From NCBI RefSeq assembly GCF_006345805.1, contig NW_021834566.1:1-47473 (forward strand): a stretch of 47,473 nt of DNA, written 5' to 3'. Below, piece by piece: positions 12,311 to 23,676 of the stretch (within the stretch, counting starts at the first letter, position 1; every line of letters starts with the position of its first letter). Both the position numbers and the translations under genes were made by a program. The notes below the pieces were generated by a model. It was not told where the DNA came from, did no database searches, and saw only the letters and a program-made list of their open reading frames with translations. Source of the DNA: Octopus sinensis. Taxonomy: Eukaryota.

Positions 12311-12695
12311 GTGGAGGCGCAATGGCCCAGTGGTTAGGGCAGCGGACTCGCGGTCATAGGATCGCGGTTTCGATTCCCAGACCGGGCGTTGTGAGTGTTT
12401 ATTGAGCGAAAACACCTAAAAGCTCCACGAGGCTCCGGCAGGGGATGGTGGTGATCCCTGCTGTACTCTTTCACCACAACTTTCTCTCACTCTTACTTCC
12501 TGTTTCTGTTGTACCTGTATTTCAAGGGGCCGGCCTTGTCACTCTCTGTATCACGCTGAATATCCCCGAGAACTACGTGTCTGTGGAGTGCTCAGCCACT
12601 TACACGTTAATTTCACGAGCAGGCTGTTCCGTTGATTCGGATCAACCGGAACCCTCATCGTCGTAACCGACGGAGTGCTTCCACATAATAATAAA
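12311..12695 (+). mobile_element. tRNA-derived SINE family B (related subfamily)
   Basis: gtggaggcgcaatggcccagtggttagggc head. Further partial copies at about 24045-24268 (-), 25335-25590 (-) and 30259-30445 (+). Confidence 0.85.
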
Positions 12696-12810
12696 TATTT
12701 ATACCAGTAATTCGTAACCACAGGCGTATATACAAATGTTCACATTTATATACAAGCTAAATCTAATTCATTCACTTCTACCACGTGCGTATACGACCAA
12801 AAATAATACC

Positions 12811-13106
12811 TGTTTCTTTACTACCCACAAGGAGTAGTATTTGAACTCAGAAGGTAACGGCAGACGAAATACCTATTTCTTTACTACCCACAAGGGGCTA
12901 AACACAGAGGGGACAAACAAGGACAGACAGACGGATTAAGTTGATTACATCGACCCCGGTGCGAAACTGGTACTTATTTAATCGACCCTGAAAGGATGAA
13001 AGGCAAAGTCGACCTCGGCGGAATTTGAACTCAGAATGTAACGGTAGACGAAATACCGCTAAGCATTTCGCCTGGCGTGCTAACGATTCTACCAGCTCGC
13101 CGCCTT
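12811..13106 (-). mobile_element. SINE family A copy with a partial second unit
   Basis: Full head and tail; each tail is followed by ggtatt. Confidence 0.85.
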
Positions 13107-13402
13107 AAACTCGCCGAGTTTCTTACAACATGCCAATAGAAAACCTCTGTAAAGTCACTCACTATGTTAGAAATAGCAGCTAAATTTGTTTGCATGTATG
13201 AAAATTTGGCAGGATTATGTGTGGAATGCCTGTGGTTATAAATCTAATCGATCAGGATTGTTCCGGTCCGGGATTAAACAACAACAACAACAACCGTAAA
13301 TCATTGTGTTCCGTGGTTCTAAGGATTCTGTCAAGCTAACGCCTAAACCCATGTTTTTCAAAATATCAATGGATAGGAGAGATATGAAAAAGAATAAGGC
13401 GA

Positions 13403-13768
13403 AGGAGTGGCTGTGTGGTAAGTAGTTTGCTTACGAACCACATGGTTCTGGGTTCAGTCCCACAGCGTGGCACCTTGGGCAAGTGTCTTCTACTATAGCC
13501 TTGGACTGACTAAAACTGTGAGTGGATTTGGTAGATGGAAACTGAAAGAAGCCCGTCGTATATATGTATGTGTGTGTGTGTCTGTGTCTGTGTTTGTCTC
13601 CCCCCCCCACATCGCTTGACAACCGATGCTAGTGTGTTTACGTCCCGTAATTTAGCGGTTCGGTAAAAGAGACCAAAGAATAAGTCCTGGGGTCGATTTG
13701 CTCGACTAAATGTGGTGCTCCAGCATGGCCGCAGTCAAATGACTGAAACAAGTAAAAGAGTAAAAGCG
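13403..13768 (+). mobile_element. tRNA-derived SINE family C with internal microsatellite
   Basis: ggagtggctgtgtggtaag head, ggcaccttgggcaagtgtctt core, aaacaagtaaaagag tail. Confidence 0.85.
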
Positions 13769-13844
13769 TAAACCGAATTATTTAAATATTTTTTGCAAGT
13801 AAATGAATAATGAATAAAGTGAAGAAATTATATGAGCTATTTAC

Positions 13845-13893
13845 CTTCGGCTTCGTTGAAATAAACCACGATTAAAAAAGCAAATATTTTCAT
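13845..13893 (-). CDS. Candidate signal-peptide exon (MKIFAFLIVVYFNEAE) of the C-type-lectin-like gene
   Basis: ATG, basic n-region, hydrophobic core, then donor GAAG|gtaaat in phase 1, compatible with the exon at 5812. The link across about 8 kb is inferred. Confidence 0.55.
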
Positions 13894-15879
13894 AAATAAC
13901 ATCTTTACACTTGGACATAAAGACTTTTAATCTCTTCTAATTATTGTCACTTGCTGTCGCTGCTTTCTTGTATACATTGCTTGTAAACTTAAACGCGATA
14001 TTAATATTTAAAGGTAAATTGTTACGTAATCGTATGCAAATATGTAAGCGCTTCTTTTGATGAATATGTAACGTGTATGTATCTATAAATACACATTAAT
14101 GTATATGTACGAGATTTTACTTCTAAACATTATACGTATAAGTCTATTACTCAACTGTTTCTATATTGATTTCGTTTCCTTGTATTTTCTCTCTTTGCCT
14201 CATTCTCTTACCCTCTTTCTCTTTCAATCTCTCTCGCCTTCTCTTTCTTTTTTCTTTCCTTTCATTCTTCTTATCTGGTATCCACTGAACAACTATCAAC
14301 ATTTTAATTAATAACACTTGGTCTGGTTGCATGTGATACATGCTGAACAATACAGCACGCATATTAAGTATATATTGTTAAACTTTTGACAAATCACTCA
14401 AGATCTGCTAATAAGTTGTCAAGGAAATTTAATAATGTATTTAACAATGTAATAAATATAATTTAATTTCAAAACATACAGGGACGCCAGTAATCTTATA
14501 AGAAAATCATTATCGTTAATTTTTGAAAATCGTCTTCTCAAACTCAAGATGTTCATTGACAGGGTTTCTTGATGTTTTCTGCGAACTTTATCTGTTATGC
14601 GAAGCTTTAAAGCATCAATTGTCAATATTTTGTTGTAGTCGATCCTTTGTGTGTGTGTTTTTAAACATATTTCTAATTAATAGTTATTAGCGACAGAAGC
14701 AGTGTTAGTACCAAAAAGCAATCTTTATATCCAACTTGATGCTGAATACTGCGGTATTAGCATTGACAGGTCCTCTCATATAGATGCATGTTGCATAAAA
14801 GAACAGACATATATCATAGTAGTCGAGAATCGTCTGTTATGAGTGCCGGAACTGCAAGATCACGTGATTTCACTGTGCTGAACTTCATTAGTGGCAGGAA
14901 CCGGGCGACCGCATACCAACCAAATCTCGTTCCCACGTTATATAGAATTTTTGTCTTTTTAGTCTCTGATGTCACCAATAGCCAGTATGCTTATTAAAAA
15001 ATAATTTTTAGAGAAAGGAATAGTATTAGTAATAAAGGGCAATCTCTGCATCCAGCTTAACGTGGCTGTCTTATTCGAACGCTGACTAGTGCGGTATTAG
15101 CTTCGAGAGGTCCACTCGGAGGACATATCAATGCCTGCCACAGGGGAAGTCGCATCGACTGAAATCGTGTGATCTAGCAGTTCCGGTGCCCATAACAAAC
15201 GATTCTCATCGGTTGTGATACATGTCTGTATTTTTATGCACTTTGCGTCTATATGAGAGAATCTCTCAAAACTAATACTGCATATTTCTAATTCATTGCA
15301 CTATGTAACAATTTTGTTTTTGTCTTTGGTCACTAAGAGTTATTTCCTATTTGCTTCTATCTAAAAATGAATGGAAATTACTGCTATTCCATTCAAGCTT
15401 TGTTTTTGAGACCTGGATATCAATGTTTTCAAACTGGCTTATTTTTTATTACATTTCAGACAGATTCAGCGCTGAGTTGCTGAAGCAGAAATATATTTAT
15501 AGAAGATATTCTGCTCAATACCACAGATTCGCTTATCACTTGCTTGATCTTAACCACTTGAGCATGTCCCTTAGTGACTGACAATATGTGCATCTCTGAT
15601 CATGAGCAGGAGTAGTGGGAGAGCATCTTAGCTGTGTGTTGAAAGAGGATCTTTGGGGTTTTAATAAATGTATCAAAAACGAAGTTTGAAGGAAATATTA
15701 GCCATTTTTCATACGTTCTAGGGATAAGCAAATAAGATATAACAATTTCTACGCAAGGATAAAAATTGTGTTTCACAGTGTAATCATTATCTAAAGTGTG
15801 AATGAAGTGAAAAAAGCTGATTCTACTTGGAGGTGGAATAAAGGAGGTGGAATAAAATAAAAGGAAAAGAAAAATCGAT

Positions 15880-16175
15880 CAAAATGGATCGTTATCACAG
15901 AAATGTCAATATAAAGTGTAAAGGGGAAGACAGGTGAGGTTTACCCGTGGAAAGAAAAGCCTACGGAAAAGATCTCAGTCAATGAAGTCACATGTTACAT
16001 TTTTTTTACAAATAAGTAACTCTCTGTATTAAATTTTTACCGTTCATAGAATCATTCTCAAGGTGGCTTCGTCATTCATACGTGCCATCCTTGCTTCATT
16101 CACCCATCTTTTTTTAAAACATTCACTAGATAAAACATGCCTCTCTACTCTCACTTTCCTTTTCAAGTGATACTT
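15880..16175 (-). mobile_element. Tx1/L1-clade LINE extreme 3' coding end + UTR fragment
   Basis: FFKYHLKRKVRVERHVLSSECFKKRWVNEARM is homologous to the C-terminus at 10080-10220. UTR motifs are also shared. Confidence 0.7.
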
Positions 16176-16180
16176 GAAGA

Positions 16181-16247
<67 letters not shown>

Positions 16248-16263
16248 CGCACGTATGTATATA

Positions 16264-16900
16264 CGTGGTGGTATCAAAAGTTTCTAGGACTAGCTCTGTA
16301 AAGTGGCAACAGATGTCAGCACACGGTTGCGTGTGGAGTGAAAGCTAGCAGTAAACTTCATGAGGCAGTGTGTCGAGTGACAACGCTGTGTTTTCATCGC
16401 AAATTCTGAAATTTGTATTTTTGTGATCACGTGTATGCTGTCGTCTGCGATTTTTGTCATGGACAGGTTGTTGGAACAAAGAGCCAACGTGCAATTTTAC
16501 GTTAAACTTGGCAAGTCTGCTACTAGACATTGATCATGCTTCGGCAAGCTTACGGCAACGAGGCAATGGGTCGTACACAATGTTTTTGAGTGGTATGGGC
16601 GCTTCGAGAGCGGAAGAATATCCCTGGAAGACAATAAGCGATCTCAAAGATCTGCCACGAGCGTCACCCAAGGAAATGTGGTTAAAATTCATCAGCTTGG
16701 ACTTGAGGATCGTCGGAGGACAATCAACTACATTGCTGATGTCGTTGTTCTGTCGTAGGAGTCCGTGCAGGCAATCCTATTTTTGTCCGGATCCTTCTCG
16801 ACGACAATGCACCTTGTCACGGAGCTTTCATCACTTGTGAGTTTCTCACAAGTGATGAGAGCTCCGTCGCAAATTGTGCAAAACTGTGGCAAAATTTGAA
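16264..16900 (+). mobile_element. Mariner-family DNA transposon relic, 5' part
   Basis: TA + CGTGGTGGTATCAAAAG TIR-like end. Frameshifted MDRLLEQRANVQFYVKLGKSAT...LRQAYGNEAMGRTQCFEW HTH region from ATG 16459. An LTSDES first-D motif lies near 16850. Confidence 0.8.
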
Positions 16901-16923
16901 ACCATTATTATTATTATTATTAC

Positions 16924-16960
<37 letters not shown>

Positions 16961-16976
16961 TGTATTATTATTATTG

Positions 16977-17717
16977 AATATGAGAGCAGTGTATGTCATC
17001 AAAGTGACACTGGGGTAAAATATACGAAGCCCAGTTTACCCATCGTGACTACCCGTCTGATAAGGGTACACTAGGCAAATGCATCACAACCATATGTGCG
17101 CGACATGGTGATCTGATATCACAGCGCATGACCTTGCAGGTAGGGGACTAGTTAGAATTTTCTTCTGGTTAGTTAGTTAGTTAGTTAATTTTTTGGCTCA
17201 AAAAGCAAAAAGCAAGGCCAAGTAGGGGGACATGGAGTTATGTACAGGGTGGTGTTCATGTAAAGAGTTCAGGCCACTTGAGGTCAAGGGAGACTTTGAA
17301 CAAAGCGGTCGTCGGCATCTTCACCATCTCGTCTGGCAGCTTGTTCCACGAATCCGCAACCCGGACGAAGAAAGCCCCACTCCTATCTTGCTCAAAATGT
17401 CCCTGAATAAGGATGTTGAACGAACCACCCATGTTTCCAAAGGTGAATTATCCAAACCTCCAAGAATTCCTTTTAACACACAGCTATGATGCTCCCCCAC
17501 TACTTCTGCTCATGATCAGAGATGCACATATTGTCAGCCACTAAGGGACATGCTCAACTGGTTACGGTCAAACAACTGACAAGCAAATCTGTGGTATTGA
17601 GCAGAATATTTGCGGTAGACCATCTTTTATACCAAAACAAAACAATGTACATGATAACACTTCCAATCAGTTTAGATCAGAAGCCATGAGAGCCACTGCC
17701 TGGTACTGCATCAGAGC
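16977..17717 (-). mobile_element. Family D repeat, interrupted by a CR1 fragment and flanked by (ATT)n arrays
   Basis: Reverse-complement match to 46901-47460 on both sides of the CR1 piece. Confidence 0.75.
17165..17385 (-). mobile_element. CR1-like LINE 3' end fragment with (TAAC)n tail
   Basis: FFVRVADSWNKLPDEMVKMPTTALFKVSLD matches the CR1 ORF2 C-terminal pattern (F..RV...WN.LP......FK..LD). Confidence 0.75.
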
Positions 17718-17765
<48 letters not shown>

Positions 17766-17800
17766 TGTTATTATTATTACTGTTATTATTATTATTATTA

Positions 17801-17856
<56 letters not shown>

Positions 17857-17864
17857 GATACCAA

Positions 17865-18072
17865 AAACAACATGGTATCGCTTCCGCACCCACTCTATCC
17901 GCCAAATGTTGTATCTGTGGACTCCTATCTCTTCCCCAAGATAAGAATACAGATCGAAGGTGACCATTTTAACACGGTTGTTGAAATCAAGAGAGAACTC
18001 CAGAAGGTTCTCGCTTCGCTAACGGAAAATGACTTCCAGGCCGGATTCTGAAAGTGGCAGGAACGTTGGGAT
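17865..18072 (+). mobile_element. Mariner-family relic, transposase C-terminal part
   Basis: LPHPLYPPNVVSVDSYLFPKIR...FQAGF*KWQERWD is a degenerate HPPYSPDLAPCDF-LFP...W..RW motif. Confidence 0.8.
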
Positions 18073-20286
18073 ATCATCCACGAAAGCCGTAACAAACTCC
18101 TCTAGTCCTGGTTCTCTCGGGATGCCACTCAACCTTTGCAGTAATGGCTCGAGAGCCATCACATACAAAAGTGGTGAAAGCGGACATCCTTGACGAACCG
18201 AGCGTCTGATGCAGAACGGCTTCGAAAGGAAACCGTTCACCCGAACTATCGAGTCAATGTTGTGGTACAAAGCGATAAACCACCTGAGGAAGCCAAGGCC
18301 CAGGCCAAACCGCGCAAGTACAGTCGCTAGGTATCGATGGTCAACCCTATCAAAAGCTTTAGAATGGTCCAAATGCACCAATGCCCCACCTTTGCCAGAT
18401 TTATTACCAAACCTCTCTGTGGTATAGCGAATAAGATGGAGGGTATCCTGAATGGTTCTGCCTGGGATGGCACATGTCTGTGCCTCCCCGACTATACCAT
18501 TCGCGACACGCGCCAACCTTTTTGCTAGAACCTTGGCCAAAATCTTCACTTCTGCGTTTAACAGAGTGATGGGCCTGAAATTCTCTAGAACGTCCCCCTT
18601 GTCCGGGTCCTTTCTGACCGACGTCACTACTCCCCGGCGCACAGATCTGGGGATAAACCCATTCTGTTTCCAGTTCGCGTACACGTCAGTCAGTAGCCCG
18701 AACAAGTCTGGCATACATTTATACAGCTCGTACGGAAGACCATCAAGTCCCGGTGACTTACCCGCTTTACAATCGGCCAAAGCCTCCATCACCTCCTCAG
18801 GTGTGATTGGCCCTTCGCAAGACTCCGCATCCGACCCCGAGAGGCACGGCAGCCCGGTAAGAAAGTCCTCGAGGGCTCTCCCACCACCAGGACCGCCGTC
18901 ACCCCCGAACAGCTGGGCGAAGTACTCCCAAAAGACCTCACACATTTTCTCGGGTTCGTTTATCAAGACACCATTTTGATTCGTCAAAGACCGAATAGAG
19001 GAAGCCTGGAGGACTGGTAATACAGACCAAGCGAGGGTGAAAAGACTGGAGTTAAACCAGCATCTTGAAGCCCACCACATGGGAAGTATTACCAGAGCTA
19101 AGTTACGTGCAATGGGAAGTGAAGGAATCAAAGCCGCTGGATGGGTCCGAGTGGTGGAACTATTTTCTTGCCGAGCTTCCACCACTCGGACCCATCTAGC
19201 GGCTTTGATTCCTTCACTTCCCATTGCACGTAACTTAGCTCTGGTAATACTTCCCATGTGGTGGGCTTCAAGATGCTGGTTTAACTCCAGTCTTTTCACC
19301 CTCGCTTGGTCTGTATTACCAGTCCTCCAGGCTTCTTCTAGTTCCTTAACTAGACCATCTCCTATTTTACGTCCCTTCTTAGCTAAACTTATGCTAAACC
19401 TAATAGACTCATATTTGATGGCTCTTTTTAGGGCGTACCACCATTTGTTATTAATGATGGTACCTGTTAATGCCCTCTGTATTAACATCTTGATCCGCTT
19501 TCTGTACTCCTCAATCGCCAAAAGGGACGTATTGAGTTTCCAGTAGCCAGATCCCTGTCTATGCAACTTATCTACCGTCAGTTTACAGGTAACCATCTTG
19601 TGGTCACTGTAGCTGACTAGAAAAAACTGTGGACACTCAACTATGGACTTATCTTTTTCTCTAATTAAAATCCTATCTAGATATGTTCTGGTAGACCCGT
19701 CACTATTTGACCACGTCCACTGTGGAGTGTTCGGGTGCTCCAACCTATATGGATCTGCTAGCTGAAATTGACTTAGCAGATCCCGAAAGCCTGGGTTACA
19801 TTTTCTGTTCATGTTCGAGTTTGAGCCAACACAATCTGTGTGTGCTGCACATATTGTATTAGAGTCTCCTAACACTACTAGTGAATGCGACGTGGCTAGG
19901 AACTTTCCTAGGCCACGAAAATATTCAGTTTGCGGGCCAATAATGTTTGGTGCGTAAATAGCGACCAGCCTGATTGTCTTGCCACAACTGAATGTCAAGT
20001 CGAGAACGACCAGCCTGCCTTCTGGGTCAGAAAAAACCAACTTTTTCTCGGCTACCCGGTTTCTTTTTAGTAGGACCAACACCCCACCCCCACCTCCCGC
20101 CCGACTCGGAGAAACGTATTTCTCGTAGCCGTTCAGGAGGGGGAGCAGATCTCTTGGCCCCTTCACCCGGGTTTCCGTTGCAACAATTACATCCAAATTT
20201 CTCGACCTGATGTCATTCAGAAAGCGTCCTTGCTTCCAGCTTGACAACAGGCCATGAACATTTAAACAACCAATGTGAATAGCCAT
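18070..20286 (-). CDS. LINE ORF2: AP endonuclease + partial reverse transcriptase
   Basis: Endonuclease motifs LNVHGL, ATET, IYAPN, GDSN, YLDRI and SDH; GSGYWKLN; RT motifs RPITLLN, SKAFD, RQGCPLSPLLY and FVDD. Open frame throughout, including across an internal inverted duplication. Confidence 0.9.
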
Positions 20287-20297
20287 CACTTACCTGT

Positions 20298-21657
20298 TTA
20301 ATTAGGATTGTCCGGTGGAGGGGGACCCTCCACCTTTTTTTGATCCAGGGTCGGAGGTGGACGGTCTTGGGAAATAGATTTGTCAAAATCCCGTCTCACC
20401 ACCGACACAGAATTATCAGGTGGAGGGGGAATCTCCACCTTTTCCTTTTCTCGCGGGATCGGGGCTGGTAATCCATGAAATATCGACTTGTTAAAATCTA
20501 ATCTCAATGAAGATACAGTCTTTCTGTACTTATTTTGCAGAATTCTATAAGTCTTATTTGAGACTTCATATATGTCGTAATTGATAAATTCCTCTGAAAG
20601 GTTATCAATTTTTTTTACAGTATTTATGAGTTGAATGTCTCTCATGAGCTCAGTACCTTTAGTGTATACGGCTATTATGCCTTTTCCTTCTTTTTCTCTT
20701 CTGGCAGTCTTTTTTGGTCGTTGTTCTGTAGTAGTCGCCGCTCTCGGCTGGGTTGCTGGTTGTATTTTTCTTTTGTTTGTTGTTTTTTTCTCATCTGTTT
20801 CTTCTTTATCTTCTTCCTCTTTGTCTTTTTTCTCCTCTTCCTCATCTTCTTCATTTTCCTTGCAGTTCCTTCGAATGTGGCCTAATTGACCACATAAAAA
20901 ACATCGTGGTTTTTGGCCCTCAACAAACACCACGAGGTTCTCCTCCCCTACCTCAATTGTCTCAGGAATTGTTTGAATTATTTTAGGGTCCGCTTGAATG
21001 AGAAGATTAATTGTTTGACCATCCCAGCGTGGGTTTTCCGTAGCGGTAGCCTGGAGGAGAGTAATTTTTTCTACCTCTTTGATTAGGACTGCCGCCAACA
21101 ACCACATAGGTTCGACCTCTGGCGGGACCCTTGTCATTTTTATTCGCGACGTCCTCATCCCCATATAATAGGGGATTAACTCCGTCGTTCGTTTTCAACG
21201 TTTCAACTGAGTTCTTGTGTGCTATTTCTTTATTGGTGAACCTTACTTCCACCGTTCCGAATTTTTTTCCTCTTCTCAGAAATACTACGTCGCCCAATAT
21301 TGGCCTTAAGCACTTTTCTATTTTCTCTTCTGACATTCTTTCAATTTTTCTTTTTTGTAGACAATATGTTTTGAAAATTATTGTTTTTTGCTTTTCTTCC
21401 TGTAATAACTTTTGCGGAGGTTCAATTTTCACACCGTTGTCAGTTATTTCCATCATTTTGCTGTATTTCATAATTTCGCTTTTATTCGTCGACAGTATCT
21501 GGGTTCCACCCCCAGCAGCCAACGCAAAACTTTTTTTTCCATTTTTTGGTTCTATCTGGATGCTAGGCACATCAATTATTCTCTTCGACACAATGCCTTT
21601 GTTCTCTGGCAGAGTCGGAAACTCTTCTGGTGAAAGTTCTGACGAGCTCTCAGACAC
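20298..21657 (-). pseudogene. LINE ORF1 (RRM-like region + CX2CX4HX4C knuckle), broken by one frameshift near 21182
   Basis: Overlapping ORFs 21007-21657 and 20298-21164. CFLCGQLGHIRRNC knuckle. The reading ELIPYYMGMRTSRIK resumes after a frame change. Confidence 0.8.
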
Positions 21658-21988
21658 ATCTCCAAAAATATCAAATATATTATCCTCTCTGCTATTCCTC
21701 TTGTAGCGGGGGAAACCCCTATTTCCTTGTCTGTAGTTGGCTCCTCGCCGGACATGTATTTCCTCCTCTCAACAGGAGAAACAAGTATTTCTGCTCCAAC
21801 GGTAGGCTCCATGCTAGACGACATTCTTCCCCCCAAAGGGGGAATGAACAACGCGTGCTACCACAAGCACTAAGTGTTTTCAATTGAAAACTCCAACAGT
21901 TAAGTTATTCAACAGTTTAACAAGAAACAACAGTTGTTAACAATATTAACACCACGAAACAGCAATTCTTACTTCACGAACACATGTG

Positions 21989-22750
21989 CGGCAGACGAAA
22001 TACGGCTACGCATTTCGCCCGGCGTTCCGCATTCAAATTCCGCCGAAGTAGACTTTGCTTTTCATCCTTTCGGGGTCGATTAAATAAGTACCAGTTACGC
22101 ACTGGGATCGATATAATCGACTTAATCCCTTTGTCTGTCCTTGTTTATCCTCTCTGTGTTTAGCCCCTTGTGGGTAGTAAAGAAATAGGTATTTCGTCTG
22201 CCGTTACGTTTTGAGTTCAAATTCCGTCGCGGTCGACTTTGCCTTTCATCCCTTTTGGGGACGATTAAATAAGTACCAGTTAAGCACTGAGGTCGATATA
22301 ATCGACTTAATCCGTTTGCCTGTCCTTGTTTGTCTTCTCTGTGTTTAGCCCCTTGTGGGTAATAAAGAAATATGTATTTCGTCTGCCGCTACGTTCTGAG
22401 TTCAAATCCGCCGAGGTCGACTTTGCCTTTCATCCTTTCGGGGTCGATTAAATAAGTACCAGTTAAACACTGGGGTCGATGTAATCGACTTAATCCGTTT
22501 GTCTGTCTTTCTTTGCCCCGCCCCCTGTGTTTATCCCCTTGTGGGCAGTAAAGAAATAAGAAACGATAACGTAACGGACAAAATGCTTGATGGCATTCCT
22601 TCCGGTTTTATGTTCTGAGTTTAAATCCCAAGTCGACTTAATCTTTCATCTTTTAGGGATCAATAAAAAAGAATGCCAATTTTCAACTGGTATCAATATA
22701 ATCGACTAGCTCCCTCCGCTAAAATTTTAGGCCTTGCTCCAATAGAAGAA
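21989..22750 (+). mobile_element. SINE family A tandem array (three long-tail units + one older short-tail unit), preceded by an inverted head fragment abutting the LINE 5' end
   Basis: About 190-bp units joined at ggtatt (22188) and tgtatt (22373). Minus-strand head fragment at 21989-22025. Confidence 0.85.
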
Positions 22751-23155
22751 AGGAACTATTATAAAGTATTTAATTATATTTACCAAACATGATAGATGAA
22801 TGTATTCAACCGAGACGTATTATTCATATATCTGCCTGCACATGTGTTGGTGTGAATATCGACAACCATGTATGTAAGTATCAATATAAATATGTGAGTG
22901 TGTATGTAAAAGGCGACGAGCTGGCAGAATCGTTAGCACGCTGGGCAAAACGCTAAGTGGCATTTCGTCCAACTTTACGTTCTGAGTTCAAATTCTGCCA
23001 AGGTCGACTTTAGATTTCATTCTTTCGGGGTCGATGAAATAAGTACCAGGTGAACACTGGGATCGACCTAATCGACTTACCGGCTCCTACCGAAATATAT
23101 AGAAACCAATATATGTATGTGTGTGTAGATGTATGAACGTGTATGTGTGTGCGTT

Positions 23156-23204
<49 letters not shown>

Positions 23205-23301
23205 ATAGAAACACTTGCATTGAACAGAAACAAACAGCAGGAAATCGACGCTAAATTCCCTTAGAGATATTTAACGGATTTAAGGAGCAAGAAGTTTGAA
23301 A

Positions 23302-23676
23302 TCTATATATATAAAAGTGAGGTTGTGTGGTGTCTGTCTACTCCGATTTAGATTCCTAACTACTCCCACATTTTGCGGTGCAGTTTAACCAACACCGGGT
23401 ATCTTATAGTCGTGATTCATATCGAGCCCTTCTGGCTATTAGCGCGCGTCTACGATGAGTCTACGATTTTAAAAATAATTTACCATCATTTTTTCCATTT
23501 TAATGCATAGTTTTTTAATAAAGGGAAGTAACTCTCTAAAAATGTCTAAGATGAGTCAACGATTTAAAAAAAAAATTACCATAATTTTTTTCCATTTTTA
23601 ATGCATTTTTTGCTATTTTTTTGCTATAACTCTCTAAAAATGCTTTATAGTTATTTCCCTTACAAACCCGAGCAAC
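23302..23676 (+). mobile_element. Non-autonomous Helitron-like element, 3' end truncated
   Basis: A|TCTATATATATAAAA 5' end. Ends at aaacccgagcaac, the first half of a typical 3' hairpin; the CTAG terminus is missing. Confidence 0.6.

Larger units (their letters stand above)
18070..21988 (-). mobile_element. Tx1/L1-clade non-LTR retrotransposon, 5' end probably intact, 3' truncated within RT
   Basis: ORF1 with a CCHC knuckle, then ORF2 with an AP endonuclease and RT. Sequence ends just after the FVDD (YADD-type) motif, where it abuts mariner sequence. Confidence 0.92.

Noticed and set aside
19037-19546. 169-aa ORF resembling part of LINE ORF2
   Set aside because: By my reading it lies on the plus strand and is simply the mirror image produced by the 164-bp inverted duplication.
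21576-21887. Short ORFs in the LINE 5' region
   Set aside because: No recognisable domain. They are treated as LINE 5' UTR or a possible ORF1 N-terminal extension, which cannot be resolved from one copy.
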